Source: a virus
Taxonomy: Duplodnaviria; Caudoviricetes
Length of the DNA: 51,237 nucleotides
IMG/VR virus record: IMGVR_UViG_3300017912_002743
Location: 1 to 51,237 of that record
Reading direction: 5' to 3' (one strand)
Below the pieces are notes generated by a model. The model saw only the letters and a list, made by a program, of their open reading frames with translations. It did not search any database and was not told where the DNA came from. Every line of letters starts with the position of its first letter. Within the stretch, counting starts at the first letter, position 1. This document shows positions 29,191-40,066 of the stretch, piece after piece. A program made the position numbers and the translations under genes.

Positions 29191-30150
29191 ATGGCTCTAT
29201 CAACTAGACAAGAACTTATAGATTACTGCCTCAGAAGATTAGGATTCCCTGTAATCGAAATCAATGTAGATGACGATCAAGTAAGCGATCGTGTCGATGA
29301 CGCCATACAATTATGGCAAGAACATCACTTTGATGGTGTCGAGCGTGTATATATTAAGAAAGCACTCGAAGGATCGACATTAAATCTTTCTTCATCTGCT
29401 ACATTTAATGCAGGAGAAACGATTACAGGTGGAACATCAGGCGCAAAAGCTATTGTAGATAAAAGCAGTTCTGGCACAAAAGTAATTTATGAAAACGTAT
29501 CAACCGTAGAAAAGTTTGAAGCAAACGAAGTTATTACAGGCGAAGACTCTGGCGTAACTGCTACAATCAGTTCTATCGTAAAAGGAAATATCGAAAACGG
29601 ATATATTGCAATCGCAGATAATATTCTTGGTGTTACAAGAATGTTTAAGTTCGGTGGTGTTGGCTCAACATCAAACTCAGATGGCTTATTCGATATTGAT
29701 TATCAATTCGCACAAAACGATCTTTACAATCTATTGGCTGCTGATGTAACATATTATTCAATGGTCAAAACACATATGAATGTGCTTGAAAGTCTTTTCG
29801 TGAACGACCGAGCAATTAGATTTAACAGAAAAACAAACAAACTTTATATTGACACCGATATGGATAGAACTTTCAATATCGGAGATTATGTCGTTGCAGA
29901 GGGATATGCTCTCGTAGCAGGCACAGATTACGCTGAAGTCTACGATGACATGTGGCTCAAAAAATATACTACTGCTCTGATCAAGAGACAGTGGGGAGAA
30001 AATATGAAGAAGTTTGGTGGTATTCAACTTCCTGGAGGTGTGACATTAAATGGTGATCAGATTTACGGCGAAGCGGTTCAAGAAATTGCACAAATAGAAG
30101 AAGAGATGCAAAACAGATACGAACTGCCACCTACATTTATGACAGGCTAA
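29191..30150 (+). CDS. gp13: Neck protein gp13
   Basis: TRQELIDYCLRRLGFPVIEINVDDDQ, HFDG, WLKKYTTALIKRQWGENMKKF.GIQLPGGVTLNG. Confidence 0.93.
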   Translation: MALSTRQELIDYCLRRLGFPVIEINVDDDQVSDRVDDAIQLWQEHHFDGVERVYIKKALEGSTLNLSSSATFNAGETITGGTSGAKAIVDKSSSGTKVIYENVSTVEKFEANEVITGEDSGVTATISSIVKGNIENGYIAIADNILGVTRMFKFGGVGSTSNSDGLFDIDYQFAQNDLYNLLAADVTYYSMVKTHMNVLESLFVNDRAIRFNRKTNKLYIDTDMDRTFNIGDYVVAEGYALVAGTDYAEVYDDMWLKKYTTALIKRQWGENMKKFGGIQLPGGVTLNGDQIYGEAVQEIAQIEEEMQNRYELPPTFMTG

Positions 30151-30154
30151 ATTA

Positions 30155-30901
30155 ATGGCTACAAATTTTTATTTTCAATCAGGCAATACGCAAGGAACTA
30201 CGTCCGAACAAAGGCTCGTGGAGGATCTTGTTGTCGAGTCTCTGAAAATATACGGTCACGATGTTTTCTACATGCCTCGTACCTTTGTCAATAAAGATAC
30301 GATGTTTGATGAAGATGAGTTGTCAAAATTTGAACAAGCATATCCTATCGAGATGTATCTTGAAAATGTTGAAGGGTATGAAGGCGATGGTGAGTTGTTT
30401 CAAAGGTTTGGTCTTGAAATTAGAGACCAAGCAACCTTTGTTATGGCTCGAAGAAGGTGGGATGATACAGTAGAAAATACTGACGGTGGTTCGTTTACAG
30501 GCGGTGGTAAAAGACCGATGGAAGGAGATCTTTTATTCTTCCCAAAAACTAAATCGCTATTTGAAATAAAATTTGTAGATTTCCAAGATCCGTTTTATCA
30601 ATTAGGTAAAATCAACGTATTTAAAATGCGTTGTGAATTGTTTGAATACTCTTCAGAAATTATTGACACTGGCAATGCAGCGATTGATATACTCGAAGAT
30701 GATAACACGATTGATCAGAGATTGTTCCAGTTGGTACTTGAAGATGCAACTGGTAATATTATCCTTGAAGATGGTGGCTCTCTTATTAAAGAAGATTATG
30801 CAATCAAACCATCAGTACAAGGCGATGACTTTGAAGAGATAGAAAGAGCAAGTAATATTCTAGACTTTACTGAATCTAATCCGTTTGGAGATTTTGAATA
30901 A
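30155..30901 (+). CDS. gp14: Neck protein gp14
   Basis: EQRLVEDLVVESLKIYGHDVFYMPR, FGLEIRD, RPMEGDL, FYQLGK, CELFEYSSE, DFTESNPFG. Confidence 0.93.
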   Translation: MATNFYFQSGNTQGTTSEQRLVEDLVVESLKIYGHDVFYMPRTFVNKDTMFDEDELSKFEQAYPIEMYLENVEGYEGDGELFQRFGLEIRDQATFVMARRRWDDTVENTDGGSFTGGGKRPMEGDLLFFPKTKSLFEIKFVDFQDPFYQLGKINVFKMRCELFEYSSEIIDTGNAAIDILEDDNTIDQRLFQLVLEDATGNIILEDGGSLIKEDYAIKPSVQGDDFEEIERASNILDFTESNPFGDFE

Positions 30902-31929
30902 TGTTTAAGGGAAAGACCTTTTATCATAGTCACATAAGAAAAGCAGTTGCTGCATTCGGCACAATATTCAATAACATAAACATCGAGCGTAAAGACTCGA
31001 GTGGAAACATAGTACAAACTTTAAGAGTACCACTTGCCTATTCAACAAAACAAAAATTTATTTCTAGGATTGAACAAGTCCCGACTATTGAGAGTCGTGG
31101 TGAAGTTGCGATCGTCTTACCGCGTATGGGTTTCGAGATTATCTCACTTACATACGATGCAGCAAGACGAACATCACCTATCCACCATCACAAAAAGGCA
31201 ACAGACTCGGCGACTTCCGTAAAGAAAGTATTTACATCAACACCATACGACCTATCATTACAATTATATTGTTTTGCAAAGAACCAAGAAGATGGTTTGC
31301 AAATCATTGAACAAATTTTACCTTTTTTCAATCCAGATTTTAGTATCACTGTTAACGACCTTCCAGAGTTAGGAATCAAACGTGATATCAAAATAACACT
31401 CGACTCTGTCGGTTATGAAGACCAATCACAAGGTACGTTTGCAGACAGAGCAAGTATTGTATGGACTCTTACATTTAATATGAAACTCAATTTTTATGGT
31501 CACGTTGCTGATCAGGATCTGATCAGAAAAGCAGTTGTAGAAACATATGCGAATCCAGACGGAACTGCAGGTGGCACAAGAACTCGCCAAACATATGAAG
31601 TTGTGGCATCAACTGCTACTGCTAACGCTACGATCGAAAATGGGGCAGTATCATCTATTGTTGTTGCATATAAAGGTGGTGGCTATACTGAGAATGGTCC
31701 AAATATAACCATATCTGGTGGCGGTGGCTCTGGGGCAAGAGCCTCAGTAACAATGGAAGTAGACCCTATAAATACTGGTAAGTTTAGAGTTAAGTCTGTT
31801 ACGATAAACGATGGTGGCACAGGTTATACAAGTGTGCCAACAGTAACATTTGAAGCACCAGACGACGGAAATCAAGGTGTTGATGACACCTACAGATTTC
31901 TAGAAGAGTTTGATACAGTTTATGAGTAA
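30901..31929 (+). CDS. gp15: Tail sheath stabiliser / terminator gp15 with C-terminal insert
   Basis: FYHSHIRKAVAAFGTIFNNI, VPLAY..KQKF, LPRMGFE, QIIEQILPFFNP. Confidence 0.92.
   Translation: MFKGKTFYHSHIRKAVAAFGTIFNNINIERKDSSGNIVQTLRVPLAYSTKQKFISRIEQVPTIESRGEVAIVLPRMGFEIISLTYDAARRTSPIHHHKKATDSATSVKKVFTSTPYDLSLQLYCFAKNQEDGLQIIEQILPFFNPDFSITVNDLPELGIKRDIKITLDSVGYEDQSQGTFADRASIVWTLTFNMKLNFYGHVADQDLIRKAVVETYANPDGTAGGTRTRQTYEVVASTATANATIENGAVSSIVVAYKGGGYTENGPNITISGGGGSGARASVTMEVDPINTGKFRVKSVTINDGGTGYTSVPTVTFEAPDDGNQGVDDTYRFLEEFDTVYE
31767..31774 (+). promoter_or_regulatory. Possible internal late promoter for terminase genes
   Basis: Exact TATAAATA inside gp15, about 150 nt upstream of gp16. 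Confidence 0.55.
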
Positions 31930-32374
31930 GAATAAGATATTTGATGCATTAGACAAAACTTTTGAAACCGAAACCAAAAAAACTGAAACAAAAGTTCCAG
32001 CAGTAAAAGAAAACGGTACGGTTGAACAAGATTTTGATGAAGCAAGAGCAGCACTGAAAAGAGCGATGGCATATAGCGAATCGACTCTTCAAGGTATAGT
32101 AAATGTTGCAGAGAATAGCGACAACCCTCGTGCATACGAGGTAGCAGGACAGCTTATCAAAATGTTTGGTGATCAAGCCAAAGATATACTCGAATTGCAG
32201 AAACAGAAAAAAACTATTGACGGTGTTGATGAAAAGACACAGCAAAAAATAGGTCATCAAACTAATGTTTTATTTAATGGAAGCACAACAGATCTTATGA
32301 AGGAACTGAAAAGCATAGTGGATAATGATGAGAAAATCATTGAAGGCAAAGTAGAAGATGGCAATACCGACTGA
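31922..32374 (+). CDS. gp16: Terminase small subunit gp16
   Basis: DFDEAR..L, A.NSDNPRAYEVAGQLIK, NVLFNGSTTDL; immediately upstream of gp17. Confidence 0.9.
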   Translation: MSKNKIFDALDKTFETETKKTETKVPAVKENGTVEQDFDEARAALKRAMAYSESTLQGIVNVAENSDNPRAYEVAGQLIKMFGDQAKDILELQKQKKTIDGVDEKTQQKIGHQTNVLFNGSTTDLMKELKSIVDNDEKIIEGKVEDGNTD

Positions 32375-33995
32375 AGACACCTCGTATCACGGCAATCCTA
32401 ATCTAAAGTCAATAGGTCACCAGCATAATTTTACGAAAGAACAAATTAAAGAACTGGTAAAGTGCCAAGAAGATCCGATATATTTCATTGAAACATACTG
32501 TCAGATTGTAACTCTAGATAAAGGTTTACAACCATTCATACTATATGAATGTCAAAAGAAAAAAGTCGATTTCATTATGAACAATCGACAAACAATTCTA
32601 ATGGAAGGTAGACAGCAAGGTAAGACTGTCGTTGCAGCTGCATGTATCCTTCATTATACATTATTCAACGAAAATAAAACCGTTGCGATCCTCGCAAACA
32701 AAACTACGGCTGCAAGAGAGGTTTTAAGTCGTTACCAAATTATGTACGAAGGTTTACCGATTTGGATGCAACAAGGTGTGAAGACTTGGAACAAAGGTAA
32801 TGTAGATCTAGAAAACGGATCTGTAATCTTTACAGCTGCAACAACCTCGTCTGGTATTCGTGGTAAATCAGTAAACTGGTTATATATTGATGAGGCTGCA
32901 ATCATCCCTAATAATATTGCAGATGAATTTTTCACAGCTGTATATCCTACGATTTCAGCTGGTGAAACTACTAAGATCCTTCTTACCTCCACACCACTCG
33001 GTTATAATCATTTCTGGAAGTTTTGGAATGAATCCGAAGAGGGTAAAAATGGTTTCAAGCGTATGTTTATACCATACAGCGAGATTCCAGGAAGGGATGA
33101 GGTATGGGCAGAGGAACAACTTAAACTTCTGGGTGAACTTAAATTCAATCAGGAAGTTTTATGTGAGTTTCTCGGTTCAACAAATACACTGATCAATGGC
33201 AAGACTTTGTCTGTTATGTCGGCAGTACAGCCAGAATATAGCAAAGACGGTCTTGATTTATATGAAGAACCAAAACCAGACCACTTTTATGTAATGACGG
33301 TAGATGTGGCTCGTGGTATTGGTGGTGATTATTCGGCATTTTCACTCATAGATGTAACAGAAATGCCGTATAAATTGGTCGGGAAGTATAAACATAACAA
33401 AATTTCTCCGATGTTATATCCGAGTATCATAGCGAAAGTAGCAAAAGACTTTAATAATGCGTTTGTTTTAGTCGAAGCAAACGATATTGGACAACAAGTT
33501 TTGGATATTTTACATCAAGAAGAGGAATATGAGAATGTCTTTACAACTCTCACAGAGAATGGTAAGCAATATTTGACTCCTGGATTTGGTAGATCTGCTA
33601 AATTAGGAGTTACAACATCGAAAGCAGTCAAACGACAAGGGTGTTTTGCTATAAAATCTCTGATTGAAGACACAAAATTACTCATCCACGACGCAGATAT
33701 TATCGGTGAATTGTCTGTTTTTACTGAAAGAGGACAGACATTTCAGGCAGATGAAGGATATCACGACGACTTAGCAATGACTTTGGTCTTGTTTGGATGG
33801 GTTACAACTAATTCTTTTTTCGCAGATTTGACAAATGTAAATGTTAGAGAAGGTTTATTCAACGCCGAAATGCGTATGATTGAGAACGATTTAACTCCAT
33901 TTGGACAAATAGTTGATGGAACAGAAGAAGAAGTCGAGGTTATGGGCGGTGATGTGTGGTATACCAATGATCGAGAGAAAACGTCATTATTATAA
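32358..33995 (+). CDS. gp17: Terminase large subunit gp17
   Basis: YHGNPNLK, Walker A GRQQGKT, Walker B LYIDEAA, TSTPLG, nuclease DVARGIGGDYS, HDDLAM. Confidence 0.97.
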   Translation: MAIPTEDTSYHGNPNLKSIGHQHNFTKEQIKELVKCQEDPIYFIETYCQIVTLDKGLQPFILYECQKKKVDFIMNNRQTILMEGRQQGKTVVAAACILHYTLFNENKTVAILANKTTAAREVLSRYQIMYEGLPIWMQQGVKTWNKGNVDLENGSVIFTAATTSSGIRGKSVNWLYIDEAAIIPNNIADEFFTAVYPTISAGETTKILLTSTPLGYNHFWKFWNESEEGKNGFKRMFIPYSEIPGRDEVWAEEQLKLLGELKFNQEVLCEFLGSTNTLINGKTLSVMSAVQPEYSKDGLDLYEEPKPDHFYVMTVDVARGIGGDYSAFSLIDVTEMPYKLVGKYKHNKISPMLYPSIIAKVAKDFNNAFVLVEANDIGQQVLDILHQEEEYENVFTTLTENGKQYLTPGFGRSAKLGVTTSKAVKRQGCFAIKSLIEDTKLLIHDADIIGELSVFTERGQTFQADEGYHDDLAMTLVLFGWVTTNSFFADLTNVNVREGLFNAEMRMIENDLTPFGQIVDGTEEEVEVMGGDVWYTNDREKTSLL

Positions 33996-33998
33996 ATA
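33991..33998 (+). promoter_or_regulatory. T4-type late promoter for gp18
   Basis: Exact TATAAATA overlapping the gp17 stop. Confidence 0.8.
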
Positions 33999-34067
33999 AT
34001 TTCAGTAATAACGCAATTGAGCAATTATAATAACGATTTATCCAATTAATATCGAGGAGATAACAAA

Positions 34068-36281
34068 ATGGCATTTCAATTAAGTCCAGGAGTTCTCGTA
34101 AGAGAACAAGACGCAACAGCTGTCGTTCCTGCAGTTGGAACTACAGTTGGTGGATTCGTGGGCGATTTCGCTTGGGGTCCAGCACGTGAATTAGTTTCGA
34201 TTTCAGGAGAAAACGAACTTGTTTCGCGTTTTGGTAAACCTGCCTCTGCTACTAATGTTGACTTTTTAACAGCGTCTTCATTCTTAGCATATGGTTCAAA
34301 CCTGTTGGTTTCCCGAGAAGTGGGCGATGGCGCAAGAAACGCAGTAGCTACACCTTCTAAAAAAGTAGCTTCCATCGCAGTGTCTGCTGGTGGATCTGGT
34401 TACACATCTACTCCCACTGTTACTGTCGCTGATCCGACTGGTGTCACTGTTGCAAATGGTGGTGTCAAAGCATTAGCTACGGCAACGGTATCAGGTGGTG
34501 CTGTAACTGCAATAACAATAACAAATCCAGGATTTGGTTACTCTAGTGCACCGACAGTAACGATCTCTGGTGGTAGTGGTTCTGGTGGAACTGCAACTGC
34601 AACACTAGATACTACTGACTCTGGTAAATTGATCAGAAACGATGATGAGTATGACTCTAATTTTTACAGTGGAACTAACGGTGTTGGTCCATTCGCTGCA
34701 AAATGTGCAGGTTCAAGAGGTAACACTCTAAAGGTAGCAGTTGCTGACCTTGGGAACTTTACTGCAACATCTGTCGCGTCAATTAGTGTCACAGCTGGTG
34801 GGTCAGGATATACTTCTGCTCCAACAGTAACAATATCAGCATCACCATCCACTGGTGGTACTGCTTCTGCTACCGCTACGATTGATAGTGGTGCAGTAAA
34901 CGCAATAACTGTGGTGTACACAGGGTTTGGATATACTTCTGCTCCAACAGTAACAATTTCTGGGGGTGGCGGTTCTGGTGCAACAGCAACGGCTGTCCTT
35001 TCTACTGCTTGGACATACGCTTCAAACTTTGATAACACTCCAGGAACTACTGACTGGGCAGCAAATAATAACGTAAACTTTGACGAATTACACGTAATCG
35101 TCATCGATGAAGATGGAGCATTTACTGGTGCAGCTGGTACAGTTCTTGAAAAATTTGCTGGTCTTTCTAAGATTCCAACAGCAAGAAATGATTCCAACGA
35201 ATCAAATTACTATAAAGATGTAATCAATAACAAATCAGAATTTATTAGATGGACTGATCACGTTTCAACAACTTCTACAATTGCTGGACAAGCATGGGGA
35301 ACTGACCTCGCTACTATCCAAGCAGCAGCTGTGAAACAACCAAGATTACTTCTTTCTGGATATGACACAGATGCATTCTCACTTTCTGGTGGTGTTGATG
35401 AATCACCAACAGATGGTAACTTGCAAACATCTTACTTACTCTTCTCAAATGACGAAGAGACTGACGTCAGCTTAATTTTTGCTGGTGGTCATAGTGCAAC
35501 GGTTGGTGATTATATTATCGACAATGTTGCTGAAATTAGAAAAGATTGTCTAGTATTCGTATCGCCACAGAAAGCAAGTGTTGTCAATAACTCTGGTTCA
35601 GAAGTAACTGACATCAAAGCAGAACTGGCAAATTATACAAGATCTTCCTACGCGGTCATGGATAGTGGCTGGAAGTATATGTATGACAAGTACAACGATA
35701 TCTATGTATGGGTTCCAGTAAATGGTGATACAGCTGGTTGCTGTGTTACTGCTGACCTAGAAGCAGATCCTTGGTTCTCACCTGCTGGTGTAAATCGTGG
35801 TTCTATCAAAAATGCTGTTAAGTTGGCGTTTAATCCTAAGAAATCAGATCGTGATACGCTCTATTCTGCTGGTGTAAACCCAATCGTTCAGTCAGCTGCA
35901 CAAGGAATTATCTTGTTCGGTGATAAAACGCTTCTGGCTAGATCCTCTGCATTTAACAGAATCAATGTTCGTAGGTTGTTCATAGTAATCGAAAAAGCGG
36001 TTGCTGCAGCTGCTAAATTCCAGCTGTTTGAATTCAACGATGCCTTTACAAGAGCACAGTTTAGAAGTTTGGTTGAGCCATTCATGAGAGACGTGCAAGG
36101 CAGAAGGGGTGTTTATGACTTTAGAGTGGTTTGTGACGAAACAAACAACACTGGTCAGGTTATAGACGCGAATGAATTTAGAGCAGATATCTTTATCAAA
36201 CCTGCGAAATCTATTAACTTCATCACTCTTACATTCGTAGCTACCAGAACTGGTATCTCGTTTGAAGAGTTAGGTGCTTAA
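34068..36281 (+). CDS. gp18: Tail sheath protein gp18
   Basis: [58 protein letters not shown]. Confidence 0.97.
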   Translation: MAFQLSPGVLVREQDATAVVPAVGTTVGGFVGDFAWGPARELVSISGENELVSRFGKPASATNVDFLTASSFLAYGSNLLVSREVGDGARNAVATPSKKVASIAVSAGGSGYTSTPTVTVADPTGVTVANGGVKALATATVSGGAVTAITITNPGFGYSSAPTVTISGGSGSGGTATATLDTTDSGKLIRNDDEYDSNFYSGTNGVGPFAAKCAGSRGNTLKVAVADLGNFTATSVASISVTAGGSGYTSAPTVTISASPSTGGTASATATIDSGAVNAITVVYTGFGYTSAPTVTISGGGGSGATATAVLSTAWTYASNFDNTPGTTDWAANNNVNFDELHVIVIDEDGAFTGAAGTVLEKFAGLSKIPTARNDSNESNYYKDVINNKSEFIRWTDHVSTTSTIAGQAWGTDLATIQAAAVKQPRLLLSGYDTDAFSLSGGVDESPTDGNLQTSYLLFSNDEETDVSLIFAGGHSATVGDYIIDNVAEIRKDCLVFVSPQKASVVNNSGSEVTDIKAELANYTRSSYAVMDSGWKYMYDKYNDIYVWVPVNGDTAGCCVTADLEADPWFSPAGVNRGSIKNAVKLAFNPKKSDRDTLYSAGVNPIVQSAAQGIILFGDKTLLARSSAFNRINVRRLFIVIEKAVAAAAKFQLFEFNDAFTRAQFRSLVEPFMRDVQGRRGVYDFRVVCDETNNTGQVIDANEFRADIFIKPAKSINFITLTFVATRTGISFEELGA

Positions 36282-36307
36282 TCAAGACTTATAGGAGAAA
36301 ATAACAA

Positions 36308-36823
36308 ATGAATATTGAAGAATTTAAGGCTCGATTAGGTGCTGGTGGTGCTCGTCCTAACCAGTTTAGGGTGAGTCTCGCCTTCCCTAGCTATGTGCCA
36401 AATGTTGACACTAGCTACAGCCTATTGGTAACTGGGGCAGCATTGCCTGCTTCTAACGTAAACCCTGCCATTATCCAGTATAGAGGTCGTGAAGTGAAAC
36501 TAGCTGGTGAAAGAATATTTGATCCATTCACAATTACAATCGTGAATGACTCAGAATTTTCACTGCGTACACCTTTCGAACAATGGATGAATGGCTTAAA
36601 CGATCGTGAAAGTAACACTGGTGTTCTTACTCCTAGTGAGTATCAAGCAGATATCACGGTTGAACATTTGGATCGTAATGATGAGGTATTGGAAGGTGGC
36701 GTCTACACTTTGCGTAACGCTTTCCCGATTAATATGTCAGAGATTACTTTACAATATGCACAGAATGATATCTTTGAAGAATTTACGGTGACTTTCCAAT
36801 ATACACATTATGATGTAGCATAA
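36308..36823 (+). CDS. gp19: Tail tube protein gp19
   Basis: GGARPNQFRV, LPAS, YRGREVKLAGERIF, FP..MSEI.L, EEFTVTF.Y. Confidence 0.95.
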   Translation: MNIEEFKARLGAGGARPNQFRVSLAFPSYVPNVDTSYSLLVTGAALPASNVNPAIIQYRGREVKLAGERIFDPFTITIVNDSEFSLRTPFEQWMNGLNDRESNTGVLTPSEYQADITVEHLDRNDEVLEGGVYTLRNAFPINMSEITLQYAQNDIFEEFTVTFQYTHYDVA

Positions 36824-36855
36824 ATAGTTATACATAATCGTATAGAGGAATTATA

Positions 36856-38376
36856 ATGGAATTATTTGGATTTGAAATAACGAGGAAGAGGGAGCCGAAG
36901 ACAGCGCAGTCTTTCGTTGCTCCTGACTCCGACGGTGCTTTGGAAGCCATCCGTGGTGGTGGTTATTATGGCACTTATTTTGATGTTGAGGGAGTTGCTA
37001 ACACTGAAGAGCAACTGATCAAGAGATATCGAGATATTTCAATGTATGCCGATATTGATACGGCTATTGAAGATATCGTAAACGATTCTATCTCTAACCT
37101 TGATGATGAGAAGCCTGTAACTATTAATACAGATGATATTAAAGTTTCAGCAACGATTAAAAAAGCGATTGCTGAAGAATATGAAAATGTATTAAGTTTA
37201 ATGGACTTCAATAACCGAGCGCAAGATTATTATAGGCGTTGGTATATTGACGGCAGAATTTATTTTCATAAGATTGTCGATAAAACCAATCCTAAAAAAG
37301 GTCTATATGACGTCAGATATATCGACCCACGTAAGATTAAAAAGATACGTGATGTCAAAAAGGAGAAAGATCCGAAGACTGGCGTAAGTATGATCAAAGA
37401 AGTAAATGAATATTTCGTTTACGATGATAAGGGGATCGCTTCAAAACCTGGACAGTATAAGTCCAACAATGTAAGTGATAAGTCTCTCAAGATATCGAAG
37501 GATGCGATAACTTATATTCCTTCTGGATTACTTGATCAAGATAAAAATATCCCTCTATCATATTTGCATAAAGCCATCAGACCAGCCAATCAGCTGAGAA
37601 TGATGGAAAATGCAGTGGTGGTTTATAGAATTACTCGTGCGCCAGAACGTAGAGTATTTTATGTAGATACTGGTAATCTGCCTACAATGAAAGCAGAACA
37701 GTATCTCAAAGATATTATGAATCGCTATCGTAACAAATTAGTTTACGATGGTGAATCTGGAGAGATCCGCGACGACAAAAAGTTTATGTCGATGCTTGAA
37801 GATTTCTGGATGCCAAGACGCGAAGGCGGTCGAGGTACTGAGATTCAAACTCTTCCTGGAGGGCAAAATCTTGGAGAGACAGGCGATGTGGATTACTTTC
37901 AGCGTAAGTTATATCAAGCGTTGAATGTTCCTATCTCTAGACTTGAAGGTGCACAAACTGGTCTTAATTTTGGACGTAGTGCTGAAATTAGTAGAGACGA
38001 GTTGAAGTTTACTAAGTTTATTGCCAAACTTCGTAGACGTTTTTCAGCGATGTTTGATGACTTGCTGAAAACACAACTTATTCTGAAGGGTGTAATCTCT
38101 GAAGATGACTGGTCAGAAATAAGAGATGGTATCAGATATGTTTATGCATCAGATGCCTACTATACTGAATCGAAAGAACAAGAGATTCTTAGAAGCAGAG
38201 TAGAAGTTTTGAACGGTCTTTCTAATTATGTCGGAGAATATTTCTCTAAAGAATATGTGCAAAAGGAAATTTTAAAGATGAGAGAAGATGAAATCAATCT
38301 CATCAATAAACAAATAGAGGGTGAGGCTGCTGAAGGCGAATTACCTGTAGAACAAGAAGGTGAAAATAATGAGTGA
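36856..38376 (+). CDS. gp20: Portal protein gp20
   Basis: MELFGFEI, WYIDGR, YIDPRKI, SYLHKAI..ANQLRMMENAVVVYRITRAPERRVFY, MLEDFWMPRREGGRGTEI.TLPGGQ. Confidence 0.97.
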   Translation: MELFGFEITRKREPKTAQSFVAPDSDGALEAIRGGGYYGTYFDVEGVANTEEQLIKRYRDISMYADIDTAIEDIVNDSISNLDDEKPVTINTDDIKVSATIKKAIAEEYENVLSLMDFNNRAQDYYRRWYIDGRIYFHKIVDKTNPKKGLYDVRYIDPRKIKKIRDVKKEKDPKTGVSMIKEVNEYFVYDDKGIASKPGQYKSNNVSDKSLKISKDAITYIPSGLLDQDKNIPLSYLHKAIRPANQLRMMENAVVVYRITRAPERRVFYVDTGNLPTMKAEQYLKDIMNRYRNKLVYDGESGEIRDDKKFMSMLEDFWMPRREGGRGTEIQTLPGGQNLGETGDVDYFQRKLYQALNVPISRLEGAQTGLNFGRSAEISRDELKFTKFIAKLRRRFSAMFDDLLKTQLILKGVISEDDWSEIRDGIRYVYASDAYYTESKEQEILRSRVEVLNGLSNYVGEYFSKEYVQKEILKMREDEINLINKQIEGEAAEGELPVEQEGENNE

Positions 38377-38662
38377 AGAAAACGTAAAAGCAGAAGACCA
38401 AGCGGTTGAAAAAGCTAATGTCGTTAGACAAATGATGGATCAGTGGAAAGATGGTAAACTGACGGATGCACAAGATACATTCAACAGTATTATGAATGAT
38501 CGTGCTGATGCAATGATAGCTGATAGAAAAGCAGAAGTTGCTGGAGCAATGTTTAATAACGCTGGTCCAGTCGTAGATGTACCAGAACCAACTTCTGGTG
38601 AAGTGGATGTTAATCCAGAGCCAGAAGTACAAGAGGAAGAAGAGCCAAATGAAGACGCTTAA
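38369..38662 (+). CDS. Prohead core protein (gp67-like)
   Basis: Acidic small protein directly after portal; AQDTFNSIM..RA..MIADRKAEVA. Confidence 0.6.
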   Translation: MSEENVKAEDQAVEKANVVRQMMDQWKDGKLTDAQDTFNSIMNDRADAMIADRKAEVAGAMFNNAGPVVDVPEPTSGEVDVNPEPEVQEEEEPNEDA

Positions 38663-38972
38663 AACACTTATTTCTGAAGAAGAAAATAAACAATCATCAG
38701 AGGTTGTTAATAAACCAAAAGCAGAAGAGCCAACTGCTGATCACGGTAACGCTGAACGCGGTATCGCTGGTGATGTAACTCCCCCAACACAAGGGAGTTC
38801 GAACACAGATGAATTTAAAATGGCTCTAAATGGACAAGTTATGCATCACAAACTCGGTGAAGGCACAGTCTTAGCAACTTATGGCGAAGGCGTTGACGAA
38901 GTAGCTGAAGTGATGTTCAAAGAATCAGTAAACAAGGTTCCTGTATGGGAACTTGAACCAGTAGGAGAATAA
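38649..38972 (+). CDS. Putative prohead core protein
   Basis: MKTLKTLISEEE start, acidic; between portal and protease. Confidence 0.55.
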   Translation: MKTLKTLISEEENKQSSEVVNKPKAEEPTADHGNAERGIAGDVTPPTQGSSNTDEFKMALNGQVMHHKLGEGTVLATYGEGVDEVAEVMFKESVNKVPVWELEPVGE

Positions 38973-38977
38973 ATTAA

Positions 38978-39364
38978 ATGGCAGTCACAGTAGACACTTT
39001 AAAACTAACGCAAACACATGGCGTAATCGCTGTCCGTGGGACTGCTGCCACTGGAACGATAGCGTTAGCAACAACGCTTAAAAAATCGACCGAAACACAA
39101 TCTTCACCGAAAGCTAATATTAAAGCCATCCATTGGGCATTATCTTCTGGTGCAAGAGCGTATGTTCAACGGAATTCTAAAATCTTATATGAACTACAAG
39201 TTACAGGTAAGTTAGACTTTTATGGGTTCTCCGATGACGATGAGAACGGATCCGATGTAGAGATCGTAATCGCGTCTGGTAACGGAGGAACAGTAATAGT
39301 AGAACTTGCCAAAGTATCTGGTTATGGTTCACAACAACACCAGAACCAAGGAGATTTAGGTTAA
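38978..39364 (+). CDS. Hypothetical head-module protein
   Basis: 128 aa, AGGAG RBS, stop overlaps gp21 start. Confidence 0.7.
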   Translation: MAVTVDTLKLTQTHGVIAVRGTAATGTIALATTLKKSTETQSSPKANIKAIHWALSSGARAYVQRNSKILYELQVTGKLDFYGFSDDDENGSDVEIVIASGNGGTVIVELAKVSGYGSQQHQNQGDLG

Positions 39365-40017
39365 TGAAACTAATAAAAGAAATAACTGAGGATGTTCAAT
39401 ACATCCAAGAAGAGAAGGATGGAAAGAAAAACCTTTATATTGAAGGTGTGTTCTTACAATCTAATCTAAAAAACCGCAATGGTCGTGTATATCCGAAAGA
39501 GGTTATGCAAAAAGAAGTTGCGCGTTACACAGAGCAACAAATAAACAAGAACAGAGCGTTAGGCGAACTGGGTCATCCAGATGGTCCAACGGTCAATCTG
39601 GATCGTGTATCTCATATGATTGTTTCCCTCAAAGAGGATGGAGACAATTGGATTGGTAAGGCGAAAGTCCTTGACACTCCAATGGGTAAAGTTGCTGCAA
39701 GTTTAATCGAAGCAGGTGCACAATTGGGTGTATCATCCCGTGGATTGGGATCTATAAAAGAGCGTTCAGGCATCAGTGAAGTCCAAGATGACTTCATGCT
39801 TGCAACTGCTGCTGATATTGTATCCGATCCATCTGCTCCAGACGCCTTTGTTCAAGGTATTATGGAGAGCCGTGAATGGGTTATGGTTGACGGCGTTTGG
39901 TGTGCAAGAGAAGTGGAAAAAGCACAGGAAATTATTGAAAGTGCGAGTTCCCATGAACTAGAGACAGCAAAAATGGCTGTATTTAGTTCTTTTCTTGAAA
40001 AGGTATCTAAGATTTAA
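39364..40017 (+). CDS. gp21: Prohead protease gp21
   Basis: LYIEGVFLQ..KNRNGRVYP, ALGELGHP, GVSSRGLGS, DIVSDPSAPDAFV. Confidence 0.97.
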   Translation: MKLIKEITEDVQYIQEEKDGKKNLYIEGVFLQSNLKNRNGRVYPKEVMQKEVARYTEQQINKNRALGELGHPDGPTVNLDRVSHMIVSLKEDGDNWIGKAKVLDTPMGKVAASLIEAGAQLGVSSRGLGSIKERSGISEVQDDFMLATAADIVSDPSAPDAFVQGIMESREWVMVDGVWCAREVEKAQEIIESASSHELETAKMAVFSSFLEKVSKI

Positions 40018-40022
40018 GAAAT

Positions 40023-40030
40023 TATAAATA
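40023..40030 (+). promoter_or_regulatory. T4-type late promoter for gp22
   Basis: Exact TATAAATA, intergenic. Confidence 0.85.
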
Positions 40031-40066
40031 AAACTAGCAAAACGAAAACTCTACAAGGAGAATAAA

